Assembly (NCBI GenBank): GCA_015680685.1
Contig: MNCI01000357.1
Location: 94,450 to 156,166 of the forward strand
Direction: 5' to 3'
Source: Gnetum montanum
Taxonomy: Eukaryota > Plantae > Gnetophyta
DNA: 61,717 bases
Below, one piece after another: positions 39,822 to 52,099 of this stretch. Under the pieces are notes generated by a model. The model made no database searches, had not been told where the DNA came from, and saw only the letters and a list, made by a program, of their open reading frames with translations. The position numbers and the translations under genes are program-made. Positions within the stretch are counted from its first letter, which is position 1; every line of letters starts with the position of its first letter.

Positions 39822-41068
39822 GTCATGCCCATCAACTTAGGATCAAGAGTATCATCTAGGAGCTCCCCTAATCTAATGTCTCTACGCATCATCCTCAACT
39901 ACTCAAATGTATGTTTAGCTAGTTTTCCACAATTGATGGTAAGATGAGTCTATCTCCTTTCTAGATGGTCAAAACAATGATACATTTGAGAGTCTAATGC
40001 ATCCATGTATGCCATTATTCTTACCTCCATTCCTTCCAAGTACTAAAAAATGGTAACCCCATCTCTAAACTATTCTTGCTACAATGGATGAACATGGATA
40101 GCATGGTTTTGTTCACCCTCACCATAGTACTCATCCCATCCAACCTTGCCATCATCCTCTAGCACTCAAGGATTAGGGAGCCATACCAAATCATTAAAAC
40201 AAGTCTTAGGTACCCATTGAGTATAAAATGCAAAACCCAAATAAGGCAACTGGTCCTCACTAAATACTTGGACCTCCTTTGGATATGATCTCGAGGATGA
40301 ATCTAGAAATGATGAAAAAGAGTAGATTTGACCAATGGAAATCAAATTTTGGATGCATCCTTGGTAAGGATTTGCATACTCCTAAGCAAAATGTGAGGGT
40401 AGTTCAATGAATAATCCCCCTCCAAATTGAGCAAGATAATCAATGCAAAAGACATGACATGTGTAATGAGTGATGGCAAGGAGATTGGTGTGAATGGCCC
40501 TCACAAGAAGTCTCTGCTTAGGGAAGAAGTTCTTGTAAGGCTAACCAGTCTCATCTAACTCCACCTCGGGAACCTCGGTAAGCAACTATGTTTTTTTGTC
40601 TAAAGATGTAGCAGTAAAAAATTTAGTGCACAGACTAACAAACCATGTCAATTGTGGCCACTATGATATTCTTTATCATTGAAAAGCCTAAATCACCTAT
40701 GTGTACAACCATAGATGATGTTGCACCTCGAATATGAGACATGTAGAAGCAACATGCCTCCTCTTCATAATATTCTAGCCCGTCACTTATGATAAAGAAA
40801 AGGCATCGCTCAATTAGCTTGGCATGCATCTCTAGCCATACTAGTCGTATCAATCCAGAGAATTTTTTAGGACTTTGTATTGGGGCTAATTTAAATTGCA
40901 CTTACTAATGCTAACATTGCTCTTGTGCCTCCCTCTCCTAAGCCCAACAATACTTGTCATGTTCTCTTTTAGTAGCTTGTGTAATAGCTTGAGGGCCAAG
41001 CTACTATTGATCTTGTGTATGCCTTCTTCCCTCTTGGCCTTGTAGTTTACTAGACTTTCTTCAGTCAT
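39650..41068 (-). pseudogene. Decayed gene resembling retrotransposon accessory env-like / plant transposon protein
   Basis: FFIISDGLEYYEEEACCFY (cf. Y.ELV.EFY), QRLLVRAIHTNLL, LNYPHILLRSM, FPL..STLFHHF. An upstream acceptor TTTTGTCTTCACAG lies at ~41088 on the minus strand. Confidence 0.55.
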
Positions 41069-43019
41069 TCACCTATGTATTGCTTCTCTGTGAAGACAAA
41101 ATGCAAAGCATTAACAATTTAAAAACTTTAAAATGATGTAAAAAACCATTACATCTCCAAGATCTAGTTAAATATGTTCTAACTTTCCTGTATCTTAATC
41201 ATACATGACAATTTTTTTAATAATAATTTTTTAAAACATTAAGTAAGCTATTAACATTCACTAACTAATAAACATATTTGTTTATCTTTTCTATTTCTTC
41301 AATGTACTTAGTATCACTTGCCAACTGAAAATACTCCTACTTATTGGATTTATAGTCTTCACCTTTCACCTTATCCATATGCTGCTAATGTAATAAGCTT
41401 GGTCATTTTGCAAGAGAATTCCTAAATACTATAACTAGATATGGAAATAGTGGAGTAGGGGCAAGATTTGGCAATTTAGTAATGGGTGGTAGTTCTACAT
41501 CTTGCTACAAGAAGACCATTTTTGACAACCAATATAGAACTGATGCTCTAAACACATAACCTACCTACGATTCTCTCGTCGTAAAGAATTGGCCAAGGAA
41601 TCATGTTTTGATGATTTTGTAAAACATGTGGGAAAAGAGTGATCTTGCATAATACATGGGAAGTAAGTAGATGTGATTTCTTCTTTAAAACTAACACTAA
41701 AATTATTTTGTTATTATTAAAAGGATAGCTGAATTTTAAATGATAATATTTTAGGAGTTTGTTATGTTATTTTGTTCTATTTTATACCAATTTGAATGCA
41801 TCAATGCTTGAGTAACATCATATAGTTATAGGTTTATTTTATAGCAAAGAATGAAAATGATCCATTGGTAAGGTTATTCCTTTCTGATATTTTTTTGAAG
41901 AAGAAGTTCTTGTTAGAATGTAGGAAGCCTGTTTGCAAGTTGGAACATTGATACTGTGATGGAATTTGAAATTGAAACCAGACTTTCTAGGATTTAACAT
42001 TTGAATCTATTGCACACAATCTACATGTAGAGGCACTGACTATATGATCTAGTTATAGATATATGTGCTTTATATGTCATTAAGTTAGTATGTATCAGAA
42101 TAATAAGGTAATAAGTCACAAGTTAAGGAGTCCATTATTGGTATAGCATTATCATGATCATTAATAAACAATTGGTTTGGTTTCCTTGGTTTGACTTGTA
42201 ATGTTTATTTTTTCAAATTTGATATATAATTTTGCAATACAAGTTTGTAGAAATGAAACTTTTATCTTAGCAAAGAAATCTACAAGTTAGTATTGGATAT
42301 TGTGGTTTCCATTTTCATGAGTTTTTTAGCTTAATCTAAATGGATAGTTTTTAGTTATGTTTGACAACTAATAGAAGTTATTGATTTATTTTCTTAGGAA
42401 AAGATTCATGATATCAAAAAGTGTTTGGAGATTGTTGAATTATTGCTAGCAAGGAAGACAACATGTGAGGTTTGCAAACTTTTTCTAGCCTAATCTTTTG
42501 GATATTTTTATAAGAGGTTGAGTTGTCTATTTTCATGTTCTAGAATAGTAGGATGTAAAATCATATTTAGTCACAGTATTTGGATTATTTTTTGTAGATG
42601 CAATAACAAGAAACAAAAGAGGGAAGAAGTCAGTCAAAAGCACCTAAATTATTATAAGAGGGATTTTATTACTTGTCTTTTACTCTAATTTTATTTAATC
42701 TCTGACTCAATGGCCATTGTTAAAAGAACATGTTAAACCTATGCTACCATTATTAAACCCTATACACTAACTAATCATTGACATGGCCACTATTAAATAG
42801 AAATTTTAAACCAACATTGCAAATTCTACCCTACAATCATAGTTTTACCCAAAAAATTGCAATTCAAATAAACTTATATAAAAAATTTAATTTTAAAATC
42901 GATATGCATGATCAAGCAAAGAAGTTGAAGAATTTTTGTGCACTTTTCTAAATCTCATTTAAAAATTTTCACTGCATTAACTTGCAGAAAACCCTAGGAG
43001 ACAAAATTCAAAAGAACAA

Positions 43020-43150
43020 TTCAAAAAATGAGCAAACATGAACTTACCTTGCTGATCTATGCTATCAATTCTCAGTGGTGGAAACTGTAATGTCCCTTCT
43101 AGTGTGCTCTTGTTCTTTGTGGTTAGCTATGCACAAGGTTTAAATAGTGA
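43020..43150 (-). promoter_or_regulatory. Putative TATA box, non-coding first exon and splice donor for the minus-strand gene
   Basis: On the minus strand: TATTTAAA at ~43138-43145, a CAAG|GTAAGT donor at ~43028, and telobox-like TAGGGTTT just downstream (~42990). Confidence 0.4.
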
Positions 43151-43175
43151 AAATAAGATTTTGTGGTAACATCTC

Positions 43176-46100
43176 TATTGATGCATAAAATTTGGATGCA
43201 CCAACACTAAGAACAAAAATTCGTTTTTAGGAGACTATTGCCTAGGGCACCTCTTGTATGGGTACAGAAACTTGGGAATAGTCTTAGCTGGAGAGGGCTA
43301 TGTGGCCTTTTGAAAATAATAAACTAAAGAAAAGAAATTTGGAATTTAAATTAAATAATTATCTAGAATAAAATAAGTAACTAAAAGAAATGAATTTTCC
43401 TTAGTCCCACTAATGTTGTTGGTCCATTGTGGATGTTGCCACAGCCAACACTACTTGTAGTCACTAGGAAGAGGGAGAGAGAAGAGGTTGAATCTTGCAC
43501 TGTTGAGAGAGAGGGATGCCACCACCATGCACCATCATGGACTATCTAGCTTGTTGTTTTCCATGTGCACCTACACATGGTTGGAAGAGAAGATTGCCTA
43601 TTGTAGCCCCAATAAAGAGGGGAGAAGGAAACTACCACCTACGAGTTTCTTGGTTGCTAATTATCTTAGGTCCTACTAGGATCTGATGCTACCCTATTAG
43701 AGAGGAAGAGAAAGAGAAGTCAAGCCCCTTGCAGCTTGGAGCCATCCCTAGCTACTGTTCCCTATAAGTAGAAGAAAGAGGAAAGCCTGCTACTGCCCAT
43801 AGAGAGAGAGAAGCCTCTTGTAGTTCCCTTGATGAAAACCCTCCTTAAACCAATGATGATGAAAACCCTTGGTCTTTTTGCTGGGTTAGCAGCTAACTCC
43901 TCTAGGCCTGACATGTACAATGCAGAAAATAAATCTCCAAACCCAAAGCTGTGCACCGAGTGAGCAACAATGAAATCTAGGTAAAGTGGCCTATGCAAAT
44001 AGATCTACAGAGGCCACTTCCTAAGAAAAACCTAATAGCTATCTCTTATTTCTTGTAATAGGATGTAGTTTATTGATTCCACTGTACCCCTTCCGACCCC
44101 CCGTGCCCCCAAGAAAAATAAGAAAAGAGAAAGAGAGAGAAAATTGCTGCCCATTGATTTCTTAGCCCTTGGAGACCATCCTGCCCATCTACGTGTACCT
44201 CAATGAAGAGAGATGTATTTGTTTGGGAAGATATCCCAATTTGTTAAGGAGGCCCTCACTCTTCGCTAGAAAACCCATCGATAGTTTTTCTTTGTAATCG
44301 TTTCTTTTATAGCCACTTGCTAGTGACGTTTCACCTCCCTACACATTGATCCACCTTCTCACATGTTGATTCATTTCCTCACACATCAGTTCATCTTCCC
44401 ACATATTGGTCCATCTTCTCACATGTTAACATTGCTTGGTGAAATGGTATATGATTTTACATGATAGTTTTGTTGATCATGGCCCCATGTGATAGCATGG
44501 GTGAGGTTGTGAACAACACTTAGCCTCCAAATAACAAATTTCATGCAAGTGTAAGGAGCAATAAAAACCATGAAATCTTAAAAGGAAAATAATAAAATAA
44601 GAAAAATTTTAGAAAAATAAATTTAAAATTGAATAATAAAATCACCTCACCCAGGTTAGGACTTAGGTAAGGATTGCCAAAGTCAAAAATTCAAAAATGG
44701 GACTAGGAAACAAGGATTATAAAGAAAAGGTTTCAATAACAACAATTTTCAGAAAATGGGAAGCATAAAAAAAGATAGAAAATAAAATGTTTAAAGAAAA
44801 AGGATTTTTTAATAAAAAATTTAACAAGTTCCAAGACTAGACCAGAAAATGAAATAGTCACAAGGAAATGGCAAGAAGAGCTGATAAATAAAAGGTGGGA
44901 GAAATGTCATCCTTCTAGCATCAAAAAAGTGTTGATGCATAAAATTTGGATGCAATAACACGAAGAACAAAAACTTATTTTAGGAGACTATTGCCCAGGG
45001 TTCCTTCCATATGGGTACGGAAACTCGAGAATAGTCTCAGTTGGAGAGGGCTACGTTGCCGTTTGCAAATAATAAACTAAAAAAAATATAGAATTTAAAT
45101 TAAATAATTATCTAGAACACAATAAGTAACTAAAATAAATGAATTTTCCATGGTCCCATTGATGTTGTTGGTCTATTGCAGATGCCACCACAACCAACAC
45201 TACTCATAGTTATCGAGAAGAGGCTGAATCCTGCACCACCAAGAGAGAGGGATGTCACTACCAAGCACTGTCATAGAATATCTACCTCATTATTTACTGC
45301 ATGCACCTGCACATGGCTAGAAGAGAAGATTTCCTATCATAGCCCCAAAGAAGAGGGAAGAAGGAAATTTCCACCTGTGAGTTTGCTAGTTTCTGATTCT
45401 CCCAAGCACCATTAGGATCTGATGCGACCTTATTAGAGAGGAAGAGAAAGAGAAGTCAAGCCCCCTATAACTTGGAGCCATTCCCAACTACTATTTCTTG
45501 TAGGTAGAAGGAAGAGGAAAGAAAAGCCTCCTGTAGTTTCCTTGATGAAAACCCTTCTTAAACCAGTGATGATGAAAACTCTTTTTCTTTTCATTGGGTG
45601 TGGCTAACTCCTCCAGGCCTAACACGTATAGCATAAAAAACAAATCTCCAAACCCAATTTCATGCATTGAGTGAGAAATAATGAAATCTAGGTAAAGCAA
45701 CCTACGAAAATAGATCTACAGAGGTTGCTTCCTAAAAAAAACCTAACAAGTATCTCTTATTTCCTGTAGTATGCTACAGTTTCTTGATTTTTCCGTACCT
45801 TGCTGAATCCCCCCACCCCCCAAGAAAAATAGGAAATGATAAAGAGAGAGAAGATTGCCATCTATTGATTTCTTAGCCCTTGGAGACCTCCCTGTCCATC
45901 TGCATGTGTCTCAATGGAGAGAGATGTAGCTATTTGGGAAGAGAGCTTGATTTGTTAAGGAGGCCCTTGCTTCTCCTTGGGAGATCCATTAATCCTTTTT
46001 TTGCAATCCTCTACTTTATAGCCACTTGTTAGTGACATTTCATCTCCCTGTATGTTAGTCCACCTTCTCGCATGTCGATCCACCTTCCCACACGTTAACA

Positions 46101-46187
46101 TTGCTTGGTGAAATGGTATATGATTTTACAAGATAGTTTTGTTGATCATGGTCCCATTCAATAGCATGGGTGAGGTTGGCCACAACA
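43176..46187 (-). mobile_element. Gene-less non-autonomous LTR retrotransposon (Tat-like): two ~1.3 kb LTRs and 411 bp internal
   Basis: Direct repeats 43176-44518 and 44930-46187 with T(A/G)TTG...CAACA ends and TSD ATCTC/ATCCC. Minus-strand PBS-like TGATGCTAGAAGGA (cf. TGGCGCTAGAAGGAGGG) and PPT-like GGAGGCTAAG. Confidence 0.85.
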
Positions 46188-47199
46188 ATCCCTATTTTTA
46201 TAATTTTTCATATTTCACATGATGCAAGCTAGTGCAATTTGCATCTACATTGGATTTTAAAATTGTCAGATGTATCTCACAAGAAACACTATGGGTTGCA
46301 ATTCAATTAAATAGTGTGAGCTTCCTATGGAAAGCATAGACCTCACAGTTTACAATTCCCAAGTATGTGTTGTAGCATGTGTTGCAAATTGCAGTTTAAG
46401 AATAGAGTGTGATTCATAGTTGTTTGCACTGTGTAGAACAAGCTCTTAGTTTTGTTTGCAAATAATACATGAAACTTGCATCTGTTGGTAATATCTAGCT
46501 ATGAGTGTCATGTGATTCACATCCACCTTGAAGTTAGCAATGCTTAACTATGACTTGCATTATATACTATGAATTGTAGTATGATGATGACTTGCCACTA
46601 GCATGGGCTCGCACTATTAATAAAAGGCTTCTATTTTTTGTTAATGAATTCAAGCATGCTGCATGGAATCATGCAAGAAGCATTAACATCATATACGACC
46701 ACTTGTAATCTGTATGCAATTCATAGATGGAATATGATGTGATACACATGACATCGTAGTTATAGAATTGAGACAATTACTAGTTATAGAAGATCATAGT
46801 TACAACATCAAGTGAGAGGCATGAATTACCATTTCACATTAAAGTTAAATAAGTAGAACCAAAGATGAGTATATTAGGAGAGAAGAATACATTGAAACTC
46901 TTTTTACTCTTTGTATCTATTATAATAAGTGTTCAAGTCCATACATCCAAAGAACACAACGGGGCTACAATAAAAGATAACAAAATTGGGGACAAAATTT
47001 GTAGCATCTAAGAGAAAAACTATGTGCTCTATGTAATCCTAAAGGCAATCAACATTGTAAACTTTTCTCCATCATGCAACTTAAGCATTCAACTATTGTA
47101 AATTTGAATGTGAGGGAGATGAGTTGCAGTTGTCACCTTGGCAATTTTCATCACATTTTGTAAATTAAAAATAAGAATTGTTACATTGTTACACTTAAC

Positions 47200-49640
47200 A
47201 ATAGTAAATTAGATATTCAAATTTAGGTCATTTGATTAGGAATGTGTTTGTAACTTTTGTAAATAGGTTTCTATGACATTTTGGAGTAGGCAGCATTTGT
47301 TGTCAATTTTTTGTAGGGCTATCCCAACCTGATAATCTTTTGTTACTTGCTAAACCATTTTCATTCACTAAGAACAAAAACATAGATTGAATATCGTCAA
47401 CATATTTTTCATGATCTAAAACACTCTCTATCTTTGAACATATTCTTTCTAAAATTTTTGAATGCCTTTTTCAAATTTGCTACTTTTTCTATCCCTCTTG
47501 CTTCTACATTGTCCTCAAATGCTTCAAATTGCTCATCTGATTTCTGAATGTCCTTTATGTTATTTTCATGGGAAGATACTATACTGCTTTGTACCACATT
47601 CTTATTTGATTTGTTAATGGTTGACCAAAATGTCTTAGGTGTCATCTCTAACTATGATGCCTCTTCATAGCTTAGAAATTCATGAGGCATAAATGAATTT
47701 AGCTTAATAGGGATTCTTGTGGCAAAATACCCATCTCTAAAGAACAACTTATATGTGTTGTTATGTCCCTTGACTAATATCGATACTTTCATTGAATGCT
47801 TGAAAAAAAGATTGAGGCTAGACCATCTACAATCATAGAAAATACTAAAGGAGAACACCTTGGACATCTTGTACCAAGTATCATGTTTCAAAGAATTTTG
47901 ACTATGCATAAGATAATGATCTTCTTTATCAAGGATTTGTTTGTAATCATCATCACAAATTTCAATAGCTTTTTCCCATGACTTCTTATTGATTTCTTCA
48001 GTCTTTCTATTTATTAAATGCCATGTGACCTTAAGTCTTGCATTATTCTAGTAATATAGATATACCTTTTTCAAAGTCCATATAAGCCAATCAATGCAAT
48101 GGTATTTCCTACTTCTGATATCTCTCAAGAAATTTTCTTTTAAAAATCTATGATAGGACTTCATAGCATTGTTTGTGTGTTGTCCAGCATGAGGAATATC
48201 ATAATAGGCTTTTTCCCACATCCCTGAGAAATGAACCTTTGAGACCATATCAACAAAACAATAACAGAACATACTATCTAAATTTAATAAAAATGTAACT
48301 ACAACATCTAATAAATATATACTTATGAATTTTTTCTCTGTTTAGCCACTGGCTCTAGGTAACTGATGAAATGAACATTTTGTTAATGCTCATTAACAAA
48401 CTTGTTAATTTCCATAACTACATCCAAAGTTTTGCATTCATTCATAATAAAGTTTAGATGTGCTTCCATTGCCTTTCTAGTTGTTGAATTTCTAACCTTT
48501 GTTACCAAGTTCTTCCTCCATGCCCTTCAAACATGCCAAATGCAAAGAAAAATATGACAACCAAATACAAACCTGAATATTGCACATAATGTTGCACATT
48601 TAATTCTAATATCTCCATCTTTTGAACTAAAAGTTTAAAGAACACAGTTAATTTTTGTTTGTTAACTGTTACCTTATAACATTCATTTCAGCTTTTGAAT
48701 CATCTAACATGAAAGCATTCACTATCCATCATAGCTCTTGGGATCTACATCTTTTCATTAATGCAAGAAGCCAAGCTATGATATCTCTCTTTATACACCT
48801 AGAGGAGATCACCCATGCTATAGGTGGTCAATTATAGTATGAATCGAAAGCCATGACTATGTGTAGATGGAGTTGTTCATGAAAATACCATTTATATTAG
48901 AAAGATGAGCCAATTGCAATACAAAATATTCTTGATACATGATTTCTAATAAATACCCTAAGTTTTAACTTACGCCATATTTGTTGGTGTTGAAGGTTAA
49001 GTCTATAGCAAGTATGTTATTTTGAGATAGACCTATCATCTTTTTCAGCATCCATGTTGACTACAATTTAATGATTTTGGGAATAGATTATTTGATGTTT
49101 TCTTCTTGATAGTAAAAGAAGAAATCTATAGTGCTTTGGTACCATATCCATGTACTAACTTTATTATGCTCACTTTTTTTTTATTCTAGTGTAACATCTT
49201 TGCATATATTATAAATGTCCTTTTTTAGAAGAAACATGTCTCTTTTCCCTGATACTTTGAATTCTTGCCCTTCATTGAATAGATCCTGAATGTATCTCTC
49301 ATAAATGTTATCTACTAGAAATCCTTCATTCCATAATGACACTATTTTTTAATGTATCTCAAGGAAAAGATGTATTGACTAAGCATCTCTTCTATCTAAC
49401 ATGGAACTAAGTAAGCCATGACAATAAGTTGCTGATGTGTCAACATGATTCATTTCCTTATATATAATGCATGCAACATGCTCAGTGCCATGCATAATGC
49501 AAACTATGAAATTACAGTGAAAACCGGTCTTTCTACTAGTTTTGTAATTTTTTTCCCTTTCTTCCCTAGTTGCCATCCCTACAGTAACATTCGATTTATA
49601 TGAACAATGACAACTGATTCATGTATATGCATGGACATCA
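47200..49640 (-). pseudogene. MULE transposase with SWIM zinc finger, intron-containing, disrupted
   Basis: KTGFHCNFIV..HVD..CHG; ILAIDLTFNTNKYG; PIAWVI; AFMLDD; IFLCIWHV*RAWRKNL; HAGQHTNNAMKSYHRFLK; decayed SWIM xDC...FKH. Confidence 0.9.
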
Positions 49641-49879
49641 GGCAGTACTCTAATAATATGCATTATACAATAAAAATTGTACAAGAATACAGAAATTCAA
49701 GAAAACCTACATTCTATGATAAGTGTAGTGGTTTGATTTGGAGCAAGTTTCCTTTTTTTTGTTTCTATTGTTTTTTTTCCTATAGAAAAATTCACATGGA
49801 AACATTTCATTAGTTTGTTTGCCTGCAATAAAATCATCCACTCTTTCTTTGTATATTTAGGCAAAGGTGAGTTTGTATA

Positions 49880-52050
49880 TAATTGCTTTTGTGAAGGATT
49901 GTGCTTTTGGTGATCTACACTATAGTGGAAATCAAAGCTTCTGGTCATGGAAGGCACTTCTAGAGAGTGTTTTCCACTATCCTGTGAGTGGGTGCATCTA
50001 GCACTCCTCATGCAGTAGCTTTCGAAATCATTACAGTAACTAAAAGCTCCCATTTTCTTTAGAATAACTGCTTTTAGATGATGGAAAGGCTTCCAACAAT
50101 ATTTTACAATGGATTGCGATGAACTGCTAGTAACAATGTTTGCAACCACCTTCAGTAGCAATGTTTCCAACCACCTTCAGAGAAGGTTCTACTTTTGGTG
50201 ATCTACACTTTAGTGGAAATCAAAGCTTCCAATCATTTGAGGCTCTTTTAAAAAGTTTTTTCCACTATCCTATGAGTGGGTGCTTTGAACACTCCTCACA
50301 TAGTAGCTTCTGGAAATGTTCTGGCAACTAGAATCTTTTATTTTCCTTGGAATCACTACTTCTAGATGGTAGGAAAGATTCCGACAATATTTTACAATGG
50401 ACTATAAGGGATTGCGAGTAGCAATTTATCCATAGTTGCCTTCAAAAAGGGTTCTACTTCCGGTGATCTATACTTTAGCAAAAATTGAAGCTTCTAGTCA
50501 TTTGAGGCTCTTTTGAAGAGTGTTTTATACTATCTTGTAAGTGGGTGTGTCTAGCACTTTTGATGTAGTAGCTTTCAAAAGGTTTCTAGCAATCGGAAGC
50601 TCCCTTTTGCCTTGGCATTACTGCTTCCAGTTGATGGAAAGGCTTCCAACAATATTTTTCAATGGACTACGACTAATTGCCAAGAGTAGTATATCCACAA
50701 CTGCTTCTAGAAAGGGTTTTTCTTCTGATGATCTGCACTCTAGTAAAAATTGAAACTTCTAATCATTTGAGGCTTTTCTGAAGAGTGTTTTACACATAAT
50801 GCTAGTGGATGCATCTAGCACTCCTAATACAATAGCTTCCGAAAGGGTTTTAGAAACCGAAAGCTCCCAATTGCCATGGCATCGTTGCTCTAGTTGATGT
50901 GAAGGCTTCCAGCAATATTTTTCAATGAACTGTGATGAATTGCCAATAGTAGTCTATTTGCATCTATTTTTAGAAAGGGTTTTCTTTTAGTGATCTACAC
51001 TTTAGTGAAAATCGAAGTTTCCAATCATGGGAGGCTCTTTTGGAGAGTGTTTTACATATAATGTGAGTGGGTGTGTTTAGCATTGCTAACATAGTAGCTT
51101 CTAGAAAGGTTTCAGCAATTGAAAGCTCCCATTTGCCTTGGCATCACTACTTCCAATTGATGGGAAGATTTCCAGCAATATTTTTCAATAGACTATGACA
51201 GATTGTCAGTAGCAGTCTGTTTGCAACTACTTTTGGAAAGGCTTCTACTTCTGGTGATTTGCACTGTAATGGAAATTGAAGCTTTTAGTCATGGGAAGCT
51301 CTTCTAGAGAGTGTTTTCCACTATCCTGCAAGTGGGTGCATTTAGCACTCCTCATGTAGTAGCTTTTAGAAGTGTTCTAGCAACCAAAATCTCCCATTTT
51401 CCTTGGAATTGCTACTTTCAAATAATGGCAAAGATTTTAGCAATATTAAAGGGTTCTGCTTCCAATGATTTGCATTTTAGTGAAAATGAAAGCTTCCAAT
51501 CATCTGAGGCTCTTCTAGAGAGTGTTTTACACTATCTTACGAGTCAGTGCATTTAACACTTCGCACACAATAGCTTTCAAAAGCATTCTGGCAACCGAAA
51601 GCTCCCATTTTCCTTGGCATCACTACTTTTGATTGATGAGAAGGCTCTCAACAATATTTTACAATGGACTGTGACTGATTGTAATAAGCACTTTGTTCAC
51701 AGCCGCCTTTGGAAAGGGTTCTACTTCCAATGATCTACACTATAGTGGAAATAAAAGCTTATAGTCATGTGAGGCTCTTTTGGAGAGTGTTTAACACTAT
51801 CCTACATATGGGTGCATCTAACACTCCTCATGCATGCAAGAGCTTTCAGAAGCATTCCAGCAATTGGAAGCTTGCATTTTCTTTGGCATCGTTGCTTTTG
51901 CATAATGGGAAGGCTTTTAGTAATATGTTACAATGGATTGTGATTGATTGTTAGTAGCAGTCTAAAAATGGTTCTGCTTTCAATGATCTACACTTTATTG
52001 GAAATCAAAGTTTTCGGTCATGGGAGGAGGAGGCTCTTCCGGAGAGCTTT
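49880..52050. repeat. Tandem array 2: ~8 units of ~265 bp upstream of the MULE transposase
   Basis: The GATCTACAC anchor recurs at 49912, 50200, 50465, 50730, 50992, 51256, 51467, 51732 and 51985. Confidence 0.95.
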
Positions 52051-52099
52051 ATCCAAAGACCAGGAGGAGGCTCTTCCGGAGAGCTTTATCCAAAGACCA
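52026..52099. repeat. Perfect 37-bp tandem duplication
   Basis: GGAGGAGGCTCTTCCGGAGAGCTTTATCCAAAGACCA x2. Confidence 0.95.

Noticed and set aside
49697-50170. 157-aa minus-strand ORF and other ORFs in array 2
   Set aside because: Chance frames in tandem repeat DNA with no domain motifs.
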